A DNA stretch of 49,036 bases, taken from contig DGHX01000016.1 in NCBI GenBank assembly GCA_002392835.1, forward strand, positions 96,923-145,958. Reading direction: 5' to 3'. The position numbers were made by a program, and so were the translations under genes. The DNA comes from Prevotella sp. UBA3837. Lineage in GTDB: Bacteria > Bacteroidota > Bacteroidia > Bacteroidales > Bacteroidaceae. The notes under the pieces were generated by a model, which had not been told where the DNA came from, searched no databases, and saw only the letters and a program-made list of their open reading frames with translations. The first letter of the stretch is position 1; each line of letters begins with the position of its first letter. Of the stretch, positions 1-9,091 are shown one piece after another.

Positions 1-598
1 CCTCGTCGTAGATCTGGTTGGCCAGGCGCAGGCGCGAGTCGTACATCGTCAGCAGGAAACCCTCTATCTCGAGCTTCGTGTTCAGCTTCGACTTGATGAT
101 CTTGATGGTGTTCAGCAGCTTCGAGATGCCCTCCAGTGCGAAGTACTCGCACTGCACGGGTATGATGACCGAGTCGGCGGCCGTCAGGGCGTTCACCGTG
201 ATGAGGCCCAGCGACGGCGAGCAGTCGATGAGTATGTAGTCGTATTCGTCGCGGATGGGAGCAAGCAGGTTCTTGATGACGCGCTCGCGGTTGTCCAGGT
301 TCAGCATCTCAATCTCGGCACCCACCAGGTCGATGTGGCTGGGAATGATGTCCAGCCCCTCAATGTCGGTGGTGTAGATAGCCTCACGCACATCCGTCTT
401 GTCGATGATGCACTCATAGAGCGAGCAGTCCACCTCCTGAATGTTCACGCCCAGGCCGCTCGAGGCGTTGGCCTGCGGGTCGGCGTCAACCAGCAGCACC
501 GTCTTCTCCAGCGTGGCCAGCGATGCGGCCAGGTTCATCGTCGTGGTCGTCTTGCCCACGCCGCCCTTTTGGTTGGCTAATGCAATGATTTTTCCCAT
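1..598 (-). CDS. parA: ParA/Soj chromosome partitioning ATPase (3' part outside window)
   Basis: Reverse strand from ATG at 598 reads MGKIIALANQKGGVGKTTTTMNLAASLA..VLLVDADPQAN..YDYILIDCSPSLG: deviant Walker A and DxPP-type motif. Absent from the ORF track because it runs off the window. Confidence 0.95.
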   Translation of the reverse strand, partial: MGKIIALANQKGGVGKTTTTMNLAASLATLEKTVLLVDADPQANASSGLGVNIQEVDCSLYECIIDKTDVREAIYTTDIEGLDIIPSHIDLVGAEIEMLNLDNRERVIKNLLAPIRDEYDYILIDCSPSLGLITVNALTAADSVIIPVQCEYFALEGISKLLNTIKIIKSKLNTKLEIEGFLLTMYDSRLRLANQIYDE

Positions 599-631
599 AT
601 CAATCTTTTCTCCTTAATGGTATATAGGCTG

Positions 632-639
632 CAAAGATA
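632..639 (-). promoter_or_regulatory. Bacteroidetes -7 promoter box (TATCTTTG) for parA
   Basis: Matches the TANNTTTG consensus, 33 nt upstream of the parA ATG. Confidence 0.6.
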
Positions 640-696
640 CTAAATTTCCGTGAAACAAAAGCCATTTAACGCACAATTTAAGTATTTTTGCATAGA

Positions 697-885
697 TTAA
701 TTGATTCAAGTTTCACATTCGCTCATTTTTGGGAGTGAAAGGAGTAATAGGAGTGAAGGAGTGTAGACGATAGACTTTACCCTTGTTTTTCCCTTCGGAG
801 GAGGAATCTTGGAGGAGTATCGGAACAGCAAGACTAACGTCTACACTCCTTTCACTCCAAAACTTGCGAAAGTTGAGTTAATTGA
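697..885. repeat. Hairpin/MITE-like element with imperfect terminal inverted arms
   Basis: TTTTGGGAGTGAAAGGAG..GGAGTGTAGACGATAGACT (~727-776) pairs with AGACTAACGTCTACACTCCTTTCACTCCAAAA (831-862). Positions 769-878 recur inverted at 39539-39657. Confidence 0.8.
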
Positions 886-982
886 CTTAGCTGGTGTTCG
901 CCGCTACTTTCACCACGTGTCAAATACCCTACAGTCTACTAAATAATCATAAAAAACACGCGACAATAGCAATATCTGTTAA

Positions 983-998
983 TAAATTTGTAATTTTG
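983..998 (+). promoter_or_regulatory. Candidate polysaccharide operon promoter (two adjacent TANNTTTG boxes)
   Basis: TAAATTTG (983-990) and TAATTTTG (991-998), upstream of a ~235 nt leader and upxY. Confidence 0.6.
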
Positions 999-1013
999 CA
1001 CCAATTAAGTGCA

Positions 1014-1109
1014 TAGTCTTAACCATCGGCGCCATGAAACAGGAGCACACGACGTGCGTCACCCTTAAGTGCGCGACAGGTTAAGACTACATAAACTGGC
1101 GGTAGACAG
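1014..1109 (+). promoter_or_regulatory. Structured 5' leader: 11-bp stem plus ops-like GGCGGTAG
   Basis: TAGTCTTAACC (1014-1024) is the perfect complement of GGTTAAGACTA (1079-1089). GGCGGTAG at 1098-1105 lies upstream of a NusG paralogue. Confidence 0.45.
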
Positions 1110-1238
1110 GGCATACATGGAGTGTAGCTGGACATCAGTGCATAAGGTTCAAAGCCATTGCCGTCACAACTTTGGCTGTGCCCACAAGGTACGGTGTCCC
1201 CAAGGTATGCACCGCCCGTAAACAGCAGGAATACAGTC

Positions 1239-1817
1239 ATGGACAGCAAGACACAAGCTCCGGCAGCCAGCGGTACCACGCTGCAGTGGTTTCCCATGCG
1301 GGCCACCTACAACAGCCAGATGGCGGTGAAGGAGCACCTCGACGCCCTGGGCATCAACACCTACATACCCATGCAATACAGGGTGATAGAGCGCCACGGC
1401 GACCGCCACATGATGCTGGTGCCCGCCATCAACAATCTCGTCTTCGTCAACGCCACGAAGGAGCTGCTGGTCGACCTGAAGCACTCTGACGCCAACTGCC
1501 AGTCGCTGCGCTTCATCATGCGCCGTCCCCTGCCTTACCAGCAGGCTCCCGCACAAATCATCACTGTGCCCGACCGACAGATGCAACACTTCATGCAGGT
1601 GGCCTCTGCCCAGGACGAGCGTGTGATTTACCTGGACTACAACCACTTCATAGGCAGCGAGGGGCGCCGCGTCAGGGTGACCGACGGGTTCTTTGCCGGA
1701 GTGGAGGGAAAGCTGAAGCGCATCAAGAAGAACAAGCATCTCGTAGTGGAGATAGAAGGCGTGATGGCCGTAGCCATCGTCTTCCTCCCACCGAAAAGCC
1801 TGATGCTCCTCGACTGA
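1239..1817 (+). CDS. upxY: UpxY-family (NusG/RfaH-like) transcription antiterminator
   Basis: WFPMRATY..TYIPM..LVPAINNLVFV NGN domain plus KOW motif RVRVTDGFFAGVEGKL; first gene of the polysaccharide locus. Start moved to ATG 1239. Confidence 0.92.
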   Translation: MDSKTQAPAASGTTLQWFPMRATYNSQMAVKEHLDALGINTYIPMQYRVIERHGDRHMMLVPAINNLVFVNATKELLVDLKHSDANCQSLRFIMRRPLPYQQAPAQIITVPDRQMQHFMQVASAQDERVIYLDYNHFIGSEGRRVRVTDGFFAGVEGKLKRIKKNKHLVVEIEGVMAVAIVFLPPKSLMLLD

Positions 1818-1909
1818 ACAGAACCACGGGAAAAAACATCCATTTCATCCATCAATACTATAGCATCTATCACTAGCAACCACAAAAACCACAACAAAAC
1901 GAAACGCTG

Positions 1910-2473
1910 ATGAAACACTACATGATTGCTCTCTTGGCCGTCCTGGTGCTGGCCATGCCGGCACAGGCCCAACAAAAAGAGCCGCCGTTCAGCTTCAAGT
2001 ACTTCCTGAAACTAATGAACTTTGGAGCCAAGGGCCAGTCGCTGGCCAAGTACAAGAAATATGCCGTGGACCACGGGCTGACGCTCATCTACCACGAAGA
2101 GGAGTCGTCGGAGGTATACATGGTGTGGGCCGACCAGGTGACCTACGCCAAGGGCCACATGACCGAGACCTACACCCGCACCGGCGACCGCCCGCGCTGC
2201 ATCAACCTCGACCTTACGCCCAACGGCAAGGACGAGTTCACGCCCATCACCGTCACCCTCATCTTCCCCGACAAGGCCGCGCAGCAGCGGTTCCGACAGG
2301 AGGGTATGAACCTGGGGTGCCTGGTGAACGACCACCTGGAACCCACTGACATAGACCCCACGTGGAGCGACGTCTCGGGCATCAAATACATCATACACCC
2401 CTCGCTGAAGAGCTGGCGCTTCATGTACTTCTACGAGAAAGAGGGCATGCCCATGTGCACCTTCCTCTTCTGA
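1910..2473 (+). CDS. Hypothetical secreted protein
   Basis: 187 aa, Sec signal peptide MKHYMIALLAVLVLAMPAQA, native high-GC3 codon usage. Confidence 0.75.
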   Translation: MKHYMIALLAVLVLAMPAQAQQKEPPFSFKYFLKLMNFGAKGQSLAKYKKYAVDHGLTLIYHEEESSEVYMVWADQVTYAKGHMTETYTRTGDRPRCINLDLTPNGKDEFTPITVTLIFPDKAAQQRFRQEGMNLGCLVNDHLEPTDIDPTWSDVSGIKYIIHPSLKSWRFMYFYEKEGMPMCTFLF

Positions 2474-2510
2474 CACAGCAAAAAGACAAACATCACAAAT
2501 CGTCACACCG

Positions 2511-3698
2511 ATGAAACACAACCGATTCCGACACCTGCTGCTGGCCACCATGGCACTGACCGCCACCACGGCAGCGGCTCAGACGGTGGAACAGGCCGAC
2601 ACCATGGCGCTGCCCACCGACACCTACTGGCTGGAGCCCGTCATAAAGGGCGACGAGGGCAAACTGCTCAACCGCTACATCTTTGCCGACAACTGGGTCG
2701 TAGGCGCCCACGCCGGTCTGAGCTTCAACTGGGGCAGCAACCAGCGCGAGGCCGCCTTTCTCAGCGGGCTGCGCCCATCGCTGGCCCTTTCCATAGGCAA
2801 GTGGCTCTCACCCTATGTCGTGCTGCGCGGCATGCTGGCCTATGCCAACAACCGCGGCGTGACCAGCCAGCCATATAAGACCTTCCACTGGCAGTCGGCC
2901 ATGCTCAATGCCGATGGCATGTTCAGCCTGACAAACATCCTCTGCGGATACCGTGAGAGCAGGCCCTTCAACCTGTTCGTATTCCTCGGCGTGGGCGGCG
3001 AGCAGACCTTCGGCTTCAGCAAGCGCGGCTGGAACGCCGCAGAGCAGCGCTTCAGCCGCGGAACATGCTCGCTGCTGAACGTGCACGCAGGAGTGGAGGC
3101 ATTGTTCCGGCTGGGCGAGAGCTGGGACCTGACCTTCGACGTGGAGAACAACTGGATTGATGACTCATTCGACGGCGTTATCACCTCGAACCGCTGGGAC
3201 GGACACATCAACTGCTTTGTGGGACTGGTGCACCGACTGCGCAACCACGACGGCACACACCAGTTCACCTTTATCACCCGCGACATGAGTAAGTATGAAG
3301 AGGCCAACCGCGAAATTAACCGTCTGCGCCAGGCAGCAGAGCTGGCTAAGCTGAATATGCCCGTGGTGACCGTAGAGACTGAGCAGGTGAACGTGCTTGT
3401 GTCGTTCCAGGAAAACTCGTCGCTCATCGACGCTATGCAGGAGGTGAACGTCTACACCGCCGCACAGCACATGCAGCAGACGGGCAACAAGCAGCGTCTA
3501 TACATCACACGACTGGGACAGGGCGCCGCCAACGAGCAGCTGTTCCGCGAGCGCGCCGAGACCATACGCCGCTCGCTCGTCAGCGACTACCACATACCCG
3601 CCGACCGCATCACCATCGAGATGGACCGCCAGAAGGTGGAGACGCTCTCTAACCCCGAGAATTGCATCATCGTATCGATCAACGAATCATCGAAATAA
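2511..3698 (+). CDS. OmpA-family outer membrane protein (beta-barrel; degenerate C-terminal OmpA domain)
   Basis: Signal peptide; FADNWVVGAHAG..SIGKWLSPY..DGMFSLTN..FNLFVFLGVG barrel motifs; coiled linker INREINRLR; paralogue of the next gene. Confidence 0.8.
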   Translation: MKHNRFRHLLLATMALTATTAAAQTVEQADTMALPTDTYWLEPVIKGDEGKLLNRYIFADNWVVGAHAGLSFNWGSNQREAAFLSGLRPSLALSIGKWLSPYVVLRGMLAYANNRGVTSQPYKTFHWQSAMLNADGMFSLTNILCGYRESRPFNLFVFLGVGGEQTFGFSKRGWNAAEQRFSRGTCSLLNVHAGVEALFRLGESWDLTFDVENNWIDDSFDGVITSNRWDGHINCFVGLVHRLRNHDGTHQFTFITRDMSKYEEANREINRLRQAAELAKLNMPVVTVETEQVNVLVSFQENSSLIDAMQEVNVYTAAQHMQQTGNKQRLYITRLGQGAANEQLFRERAETIRRSLVSDYHIPADRITIEMDRQKVETLSNPENCIIVSINESSK

Positions 3699-3717
3699 AC
3701 AAAACACAAGACAAGAC

Positions 3718-4953
3718 ATGACGAACTGCAGACACATACTGACAGCACTGCTGCTACTGGTCTCACTCAGCCAGACAGCCATGGCACAGCCGTCCGATTT
3801 CCAGCCGCTGAAAGCCGACTCCGTGCGCTCACTGAACCACTACCGGCTGGCCGACAACTGGTTCGTAGGCATACACGCAGGCGTGAGCGGACCCATGAGC
3901 GAGAACATACGCCCACGCGACTACTTCCGCCTAGGCAGCCAACACCCGGCCTTCGGCATATCGGTGGGCAAGTTCTTCTCACCAGCCATCGGCTTCCGCG
4001 TCACCGCCAACCTGATGCAGCAGACGGCAAAGGCCGAGCGCGAGGCCATAGAGGCACACCCCGACGTCTTCGGAAAGGGATACTACTCGTTCAAGCACTT
4101 CAACGGATACGTCGACGTGCTCTTCAACCTGAGCAATATCGTCTACGAGTACAGCGAGCAGCGGCGCTTCAACGTACTCGGTGTTTTCGGCATGGGCATG
4201 ACCAACACCTACGGTTTCGACAAGCAGAAGGCGCAGGCCATGGCCGCCGTGCCCACGGGGTGGTACAATGTCGACACCAAGTCGCGCTCGTTCTTCTCGC
4301 TGCAGACGGGGCTGATGCTCAGCTACCAGCTAAACGAGTGCTGGGACCTGGATCTCGAGGCCAACATCAACGTGACCGACGATGCTCTCGACGGTGTGCG
4401 CTACGATGACAAGTACGACGGATACCTCAGCGCAATGCTCGGGCTGAAGTACCACTTCCCCGACCACCTGGGACACCGCCGCTTCCGCTACACCACCGTC
4501 AGCGACCTGCCCGACGTGACCGCGCTGAACGAGCAGCTGAACGAGGAGCGTCGCCGACTGGAAGACCTCGAGCGCCAGCACCGCAACGTCTACCGGCAGC
4601 GACGGCTGCTCGACATGACCGTATCGTTCATCATCGACAAGTTCAACATCACCGACATACAGCGGCGAAACGTAGAGGCCGTGGCCAACTATATGAAGGA
4701 GCACCCCGACATGGACGTCATCATCTGTGGCTTCGCCGACGTACAGACCGCCTACCCGCCCTACAACATGCGACTGTCGAAGCGGCGAGTCACCGCAGTG
4801 TTCAACATGCTGGTACACCAGTTCGGTGTCGACCCCAACCGCCTGCGCGTAGACTATAAAGGCGACATCGTGCAGCCCTACGACCTGAAGAACGAATGGA
4901 ACCGCGTCGTGGTGTTCGTGCTCGAACCCCACAAGGATTACATAACAGAATGA
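3718..4953 (+). CDS. OmpA-family outer membrane protein
   Basis: Barrel motifs DNWFVGIHAG/SVGKFFSPAIGFR and C-terminal OmpA domain ICGFADVQT..YNMRLSKRRV..WNRVV. Confidence 0.9.
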   Translation: MTNCRHILTALLLLVSLSQTAMAQPSDFQPLKADSVRSLNHYRLADNWFVGIHAGVSGPMSENIRPRDYFRLGSQHPAFGISVGKFFSPAIGFRVTANLMQQTAKAEREAIEAHPDVFGKGYYSFKHFNGYVDVLFNLSNIVYEYSEQRRFNVLGVFGMGMTNTYGFDKQKAQAMAAVPTGWYNVDTKSRSFFSLQTGLMLSYQLNECWDLDLEANINVTDDALDGVRYDDKYDGYLSAMLGLKYHFPDHLGHRRFRYTTVSDLPDVTALNEQLNEERRRLEDLERQHRNVYRQRRLLDMTVSFIIDKFNITDIQRRNVEAVANYMKEHPDMDVIICGFADVQTAYPPYNMRLSKRRVTAVFNMLVHQFGVDPNRLRVDYKGDIVQPYDLKNEWNRVVVFVLEPHKDYITE

Positions 4954-5768
4954 AAATGACAAGCAAAACACTGAAAAAAACACTGGTGTGCCTCGCTGCC
5001 GCACTGTTGTGCAGCTCATGCGCCACACGCCGGTCGATGATCTACCTGCAGGACATGGACGAGACCGTCGACTACCCTGTCACACAGAAGTACGAGATGA
5101 AAATCCAGCGCGACGACCGCCTGCAGATTGTCGTCAGCAGCAAGGACCCCGAGCTCTCGCTGGCCTTCAACCTGCCCGGCGTCAGCGGATACCGCGTAGC
5201 CACCGACGGCACCATCGATGTGAACAGCCAGCAGGGCAACAAGGCACAGTGCTACATCGTTGACATCAACGGCGACATCGACTTCCCCATCCTGGGCCGT
5301 CTGCATGTGGAGGGGCTGACGCGCAGCCAGCTCACACGCCTCATCAAGGACCAGCTGGAACAGCGCGAGCTGCTGAAGAACCCGCTGGTGCAGGCCGACA
5401 TCCTGAACTTCAGCTTCTCGGTGCTCGGCGAGGTGGGCAACGTGGGGCGTTACACCGTAGACAACGACCGCATCACCATACTCGAGGCCATAGCCATGGC
5501 CGGCGACCTGCGACCCACGGCACGCATCGACAACGTGGCCGTGTTCCGCGAGTTCGGAGGAAGCAGGCGCGTCATGCACCTCGACCTGCGCACGAAGGAC
5601 ATCTTCCTCTCGCCGGCATACTACCTGCAGCAGAACGACATCGTGTACGTGGAGCCTAACTCGCAGCGCGCCGAGGAACGGTCGAACCAAAGGCTGCGCA
5701 ACTGGACCTTCGCCGTGTCGTCGGTCACCACGGTGCTGTCGCTCATACTTCTACTTGCAAAACTGTAA
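4950..5768 (+). CDS. wza: Polysaccharide export outer membrane lipoprotein (Wza/OPX)
   Basis: Lipobox LCSSC; IQRDDRLQIVVSS, VDINGDIDFPILGRLHVEGLT, ITILEAIAMAGDL, YYLQQNDIVYVEPN. ATGA overlap with the upstream stop. Confidence 0.93.
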   Translation: MKMTSKTLKKTLVCLAAALLCSSCATRRSMIYLQDMDETVDYPVTQKYEMKIQRDDRLQIVVSSKDPELSLAFNLPGVSGYRVATDGTIDVNSQQGNKAQCYIVDINGDIDFPILGRLHVEGLTRSQLTRLIKDQLEQRELLKNPLVQADILNFSFSVLGEVGNVGRYTVDNDRITILEAIAMAGDLRPTARIDNVAVFREFGGSRRVMHLDLRTKDIFLSPAYYLQQNDIVYVEPNSQRAEERSNQRLRNWTFAVSSVTTVLSLILLLAKL

Positions 5769-5771
5769 ACC

Positions 5772-8249
5772 ATGATAAAGATGACCAGTCAGGACGACCT
5801 CTCGAAAGAGACGTCGGCCAAGCCCGCAGGCAAGAACCTCAACCCCATCGACGTTCTGCGCTTCCTGCTGTCAAACTGGCTGTGGTTTGTGCTGTCGCTG
5901 GCCCTGTTCTGCGGATGGCAGTGGTATCGCTACGCCACCACGCAGCAGCAGTACGTGGCAAACGCCTCGGTCATGTTCAAGGACGCCCGCACCAGTGCAC
6001 AGCAGGCACGCCTGGACCGCCTGGACAACCCACTCTACCAGGTGAATGTCGCCAACGAGATACTGCAGTTCAAGTCGCCGCAGCTTATGAACGAGTCGGT
6101 GTGGAGGTTGCATGCCGAGGTGAGCTACGAGGTGAAGGACTACCTACGCGTGCGCGAACTATATTCCTTAACCCCCGTAAAGGTGTCGTTCGTCGACTCA
6201 CTGCGCGACGTGCGTTGCGCCTTCGTGCTGCAAGTGAAAGACAGCGTCTGCGTCAGCCTGACCGACATCGGCGAGACAGGCACAGAACCCATCGTGCTGC
6301 ACATCGGCGACTCGTGTGCCACACGCTACGGACGGCTCTGCGTCACCAAGACGCTCCACTTCGCCGAGCAGTGGTACGGTAAGGACATTACCGTGCGGCG
6401 CCATGACGTGAGCGCGGTGGCCAAGAGCTTCACCGACCGGCTCATCATCAACCAGGCACGCGCCACCGGCGAGGGCTCATCGGGGCAGTCGTCTATACTG
6501 AACATGTCGCTGCGCGACGTCTCGCCACAGCGCGCCGAGGACGTGCTCAACATGCTCATCACTATCTACAACGAGGAGACAATCAAGGACAAGAACCAGG
6601 CCGCCATCAACACATCGAACTTCATCAACGAGCGCCTGGCCATCATCGAAAAGGAGCTGGGCGGCGTGGAGCAGCAGATACAGGACTTCAAGCAGGCCAA
6701 CGACATGGTGGACCTGGACCAGACCACGTCGATGTCGCTCGGACAGCGCGAGGAATACTCATCGCAGGCCCGCGACCTGCAGATGCAGCAGCAGATGGGA
6801 CAGTACATCAGGGACTACCTAACCGACCCAACGAAGGACACCGACCTCATACCCGCCAACACCGGACTGGCCGACCCTAGCGTCGAGGCACAGATAGCAC
6901 AGTACAACGCCGCGAAGCTGCGCCGCGACAAGCTCCTGGAGGCCAGCAGCGACAAGAACCCCGTCGTAGAGGACCTGAACAACTCGCTCAACGCCATGCG
7001 GCAGAGCATCATCCGCTCGGTGGACAACATGAACGTGAGCACCAGCGCGCGGCTGCGTGACATCAGCAGCCGCGCCGGTCAGGCCCGTGCCCGCGTGTCG
7101 GCCATACCGCGACAGCAGCGACAGATGCTCTCCATCGAGCGACAGCAGCAAATCAAACAAGAGCTGTACCTATACCTGCTGAACAAACGTGAGGAGAACG
7201 CGCTCAGCCTGGCCATCACCGAGTCGAACGCACGCGTCATAGAGACGGCCAAGAGCAGCGGAACACCCACCGAGCCCGTGCTGAAGTCGATGATGCTCAC
7301 CAGCACACTGGCCGGACTGGCTATCCCTGCTGCACTGCTGATCTTCGTGCTCGTCTTCGACACACGCATACGCAGTCGAAAGGACATAGAGAACGCCACC
7401 AGCGTGCCCTTCCTGGGCGAGATACCCAAGTACTCGGGCAAGAAGGACGACAGGCAGAACATGGTCTTGCTAACCGGCAGCGGCGACGACGCCGCCTCGG
7501 AGGCCTTCCGCATCGTGCGCACCAATATGATGTTCATGCGGGTGAAGACCGAGCAGCTGCAGGTCATCACCGTCAGCTCCTTCGGCGCAGGCGCCGGCAA
7601 GACCTTCGTCTCGACCAACCTCGCCGCCTCCTTCGCACAGATGGGCAAGCGCGTGCTGCTCGTCGACCTCGATATTCGCAAGGGCACACTCACCCACCAC
7701 CTCGGCGACCGTCATCAGCAGGGCATCACCTCCTATCTGGCTGGACACGTCGGGCTGGACGACATCATTCTGAAGGAATCGCTGACCGAGCACCTTGACA
7801 CCATCGCCGCCGGCCCGCTGGCTCCCAACCCTGCCGAGCTGTTGCTCAGCGACCGTCTGGACCAGCTCATCAGCGAGCTACGACAGCGCTACGACTACAT
7901 CTTCATTGACAACGTGCCTTACGGCGCCATCGCCGATGCCACCATCACCAACCGCATTGCCGACCTCACCATCTTCATCGTGCGCGTAGGACGCCTCGAC
8001 CGCCGCATGATGCCCGACCTGGAGCGCATCTACCAGAGCGGACAGCTGAAGAATATGTCGCTCATCCTCAACGGTGTATCCCTGCACCAGCACGGCTACG
8101 GCTATGGCTATGGGTACGGATATGGTTACGGATATGGATATGGATATGGCTACGGATATGACAGCAGCCACAAGCGCCGTCCCTGGTGGAAGCGGTTGTG
8201 GCGGCGGCTCACGGGCAAGAAGTCGAACCACAAGCACTCCGGCCAGTGA
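5772..8249 (+). CDS. wzc: Polysaccharide co-polymerase / BY-kinase (Wzc)
   Basis: Two TM segments, periplasmic coiled coil, SEAFRIVRTN, Walker A GAGKT, DLDIR, C-terminal (GY)11 cluster. Confidence 0.95.
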   Translation: MIKMTSQDDLSKETSAKPAGKNLNPIDVLRFLLSNWLWFVLSLALFCGWQWYRYATTQQQYVANASVMFKDARTSAQQARLDRLDNPLYQVNVANEILQFKSPQLMNESVWRLHAEVSYEVKDYLRVRELYSLTPVKVSFVDSLRDVRCAFVLQVKDSVCVSLTDIGETGTEPIVLHIGDSCATRYGRLCVTKTLHFAEQWYGKDITVRRHDVSAVAKSFTDRLIINQARATGEGSSGQSSILNMSLRDVSPQRAEDVLNMLITIYNEETIKDKNQAAINTSNFINERLAIIEKELGGVEQQIQDFKQANDMVDLDQTTSMSLGQREEYSSQARDLQMQQQMGQYIRDYLTDPTKDTDLIPANTGLADPSVEAQIAQYNAAKLRRDKLLEASSDKNPVVEDLNNSLNAMRQSIIRSVDNMNVSTSARLRDISSRAGQARARVSAIPRQQRQMLSIERQQQIKQELYLYLLNKREENALSLAITESNARVIETAKSSGTPTEPVLKSMMLTSTLAGLAIPAALLIFVLVFDTRIRSRKDIENATSVPFLGEIPKYSGKKDDRQNMVLLTGSGDDAASEAFRIVRTNMMFMRVKTEQLQVITVSSFGAGAGKTFVSTNLAASFAQMGKRVLLVDLDIRKGTLTHHLGDRHQQGITSYLAGHVGLDDIILKESLTEHLDTIAAGPLAPNPAELLLSDRLDQLISELRQRYDYIFIDNVPYGAIADATITNRIADLTIFIVRVGRLDRRMMPDLERIYQSGQLKNMSLILNGVSLHQHGYGYGYGYGYGYGYGYGYGYGYDSSHKRRPWWKRLWRRLTGKKSNHKHSGQ

Positions 8250-9091
8250 ATACCACCGACTGGACCATCGAGATAAAGCCCCGGCGCCGCTGGCTCGACG
8301 TTGACCTGCATGCCCTGTGGCGCTATCGCGACCTCTACCGCATGTACGTGCGACGCGACATCGTCACCGAGTACAAGCAGACCATCCTCGGCCCGCTGTG
8401 GTATCTGCTGCAGCCCCTGTTCACCACCGTCATCTACATGTTCGTCTTTGGCGGACTGGCCGGCATCTCCACCGACGGGGCGCCGCAGCCGCTGTTCTAC
8501 ATGGCAGGCATCATGCTGTGGACCTACTTCAGCAACTGTTTCAACCGCTCGTGCGACGTGTTCGTAGCCAATGCCGGCGTCTTCGGAAAGGTGTGGTTTC
8601 CACGGCTCGTGGTGCCGCTGTCGGCCATCACCAGCAACCTGTTGAAGATGCTCATACAGCTCGGCCTGTTTATAATAATGTATGTCATATACGTCGCCGC
8701 CGGCATGCCGTTGCACCTGAACTGGGCCCTTCTGCTCTTCCCCTTCCTGGTGTTGCTGCTGGCGCTGCACGCTATGTCGTGGGGCCTCATCGTCTCGTCG
8801 CTCACCACGAAGTACCATGACCTGAAGTACCTCGTCACCTTCGGCCTGCAGCTCTTCATGTACGCCACGCCCATCATCTACCCGCTGAGCGTGGCCTCCG
8901 TGAAATACCGCCACCTGCTGTTGCTCAATCCCCTGACCTCCATCTTCGAGGCCTTCAAGTACGGCTGCCTGGGCTGCGGTTCCCTCTCCTGGGGCGGCTT
9001 GCTCTACAGCACCCTCGTCATGCTCGCCATGCTCTTCCTCTCGGTCATCATCTTCACCCGCGTGGAGCGTAACTTCATGGATACGGTATGA
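8246..9091 (+). CDS. wzm: ABC-2 polysaccharide transporter permease
   Basis: LWRYRDL..RRDIVTEYKQTILGPLWYLLQPL..KVWFPRL..MYATPIIYP..LNPL. GTG start overlaps the wzc TGA. Confidence 0.93.
   Translation: MNTTDWTIEIKPRRRWLDVDLHALWRYRDLYRMYVRRDIVTEYKQTILGPLWYLLQPLFTTVIYMFVFGGLAGISTDGAPQPLFYMAGIMLWTYFSNCFNRSCDVFVANAGVFGKVWFPRLVVPLSAITSNLLKMLIQLGLFIIMYVIYVAAGMPLHLNWALLLFPFLVLLLALHAMSWGLIVSSLTTKYHDLKYLVTFGLQLFMYATPIIYPLSVASVKYRHLLLLNPLTSIFEAFKYGCLGCGSLSWGGLLYSTLVMLAMLFLSVIIFTRVERNFMDTV

Noticed and set aside
18..580. Plus-strand ORFs 18..239 and 335..580
   Set aside because: Antisense to parA.
1014..1089. Invertible promoter (Mpi-type) defined by 11-bp inverted repeats
   Set aside because: The TANNTTTG boxes lie outside the repeats and the interior also base-pairs, which fits an RNA stem better; no invertase is nearby.
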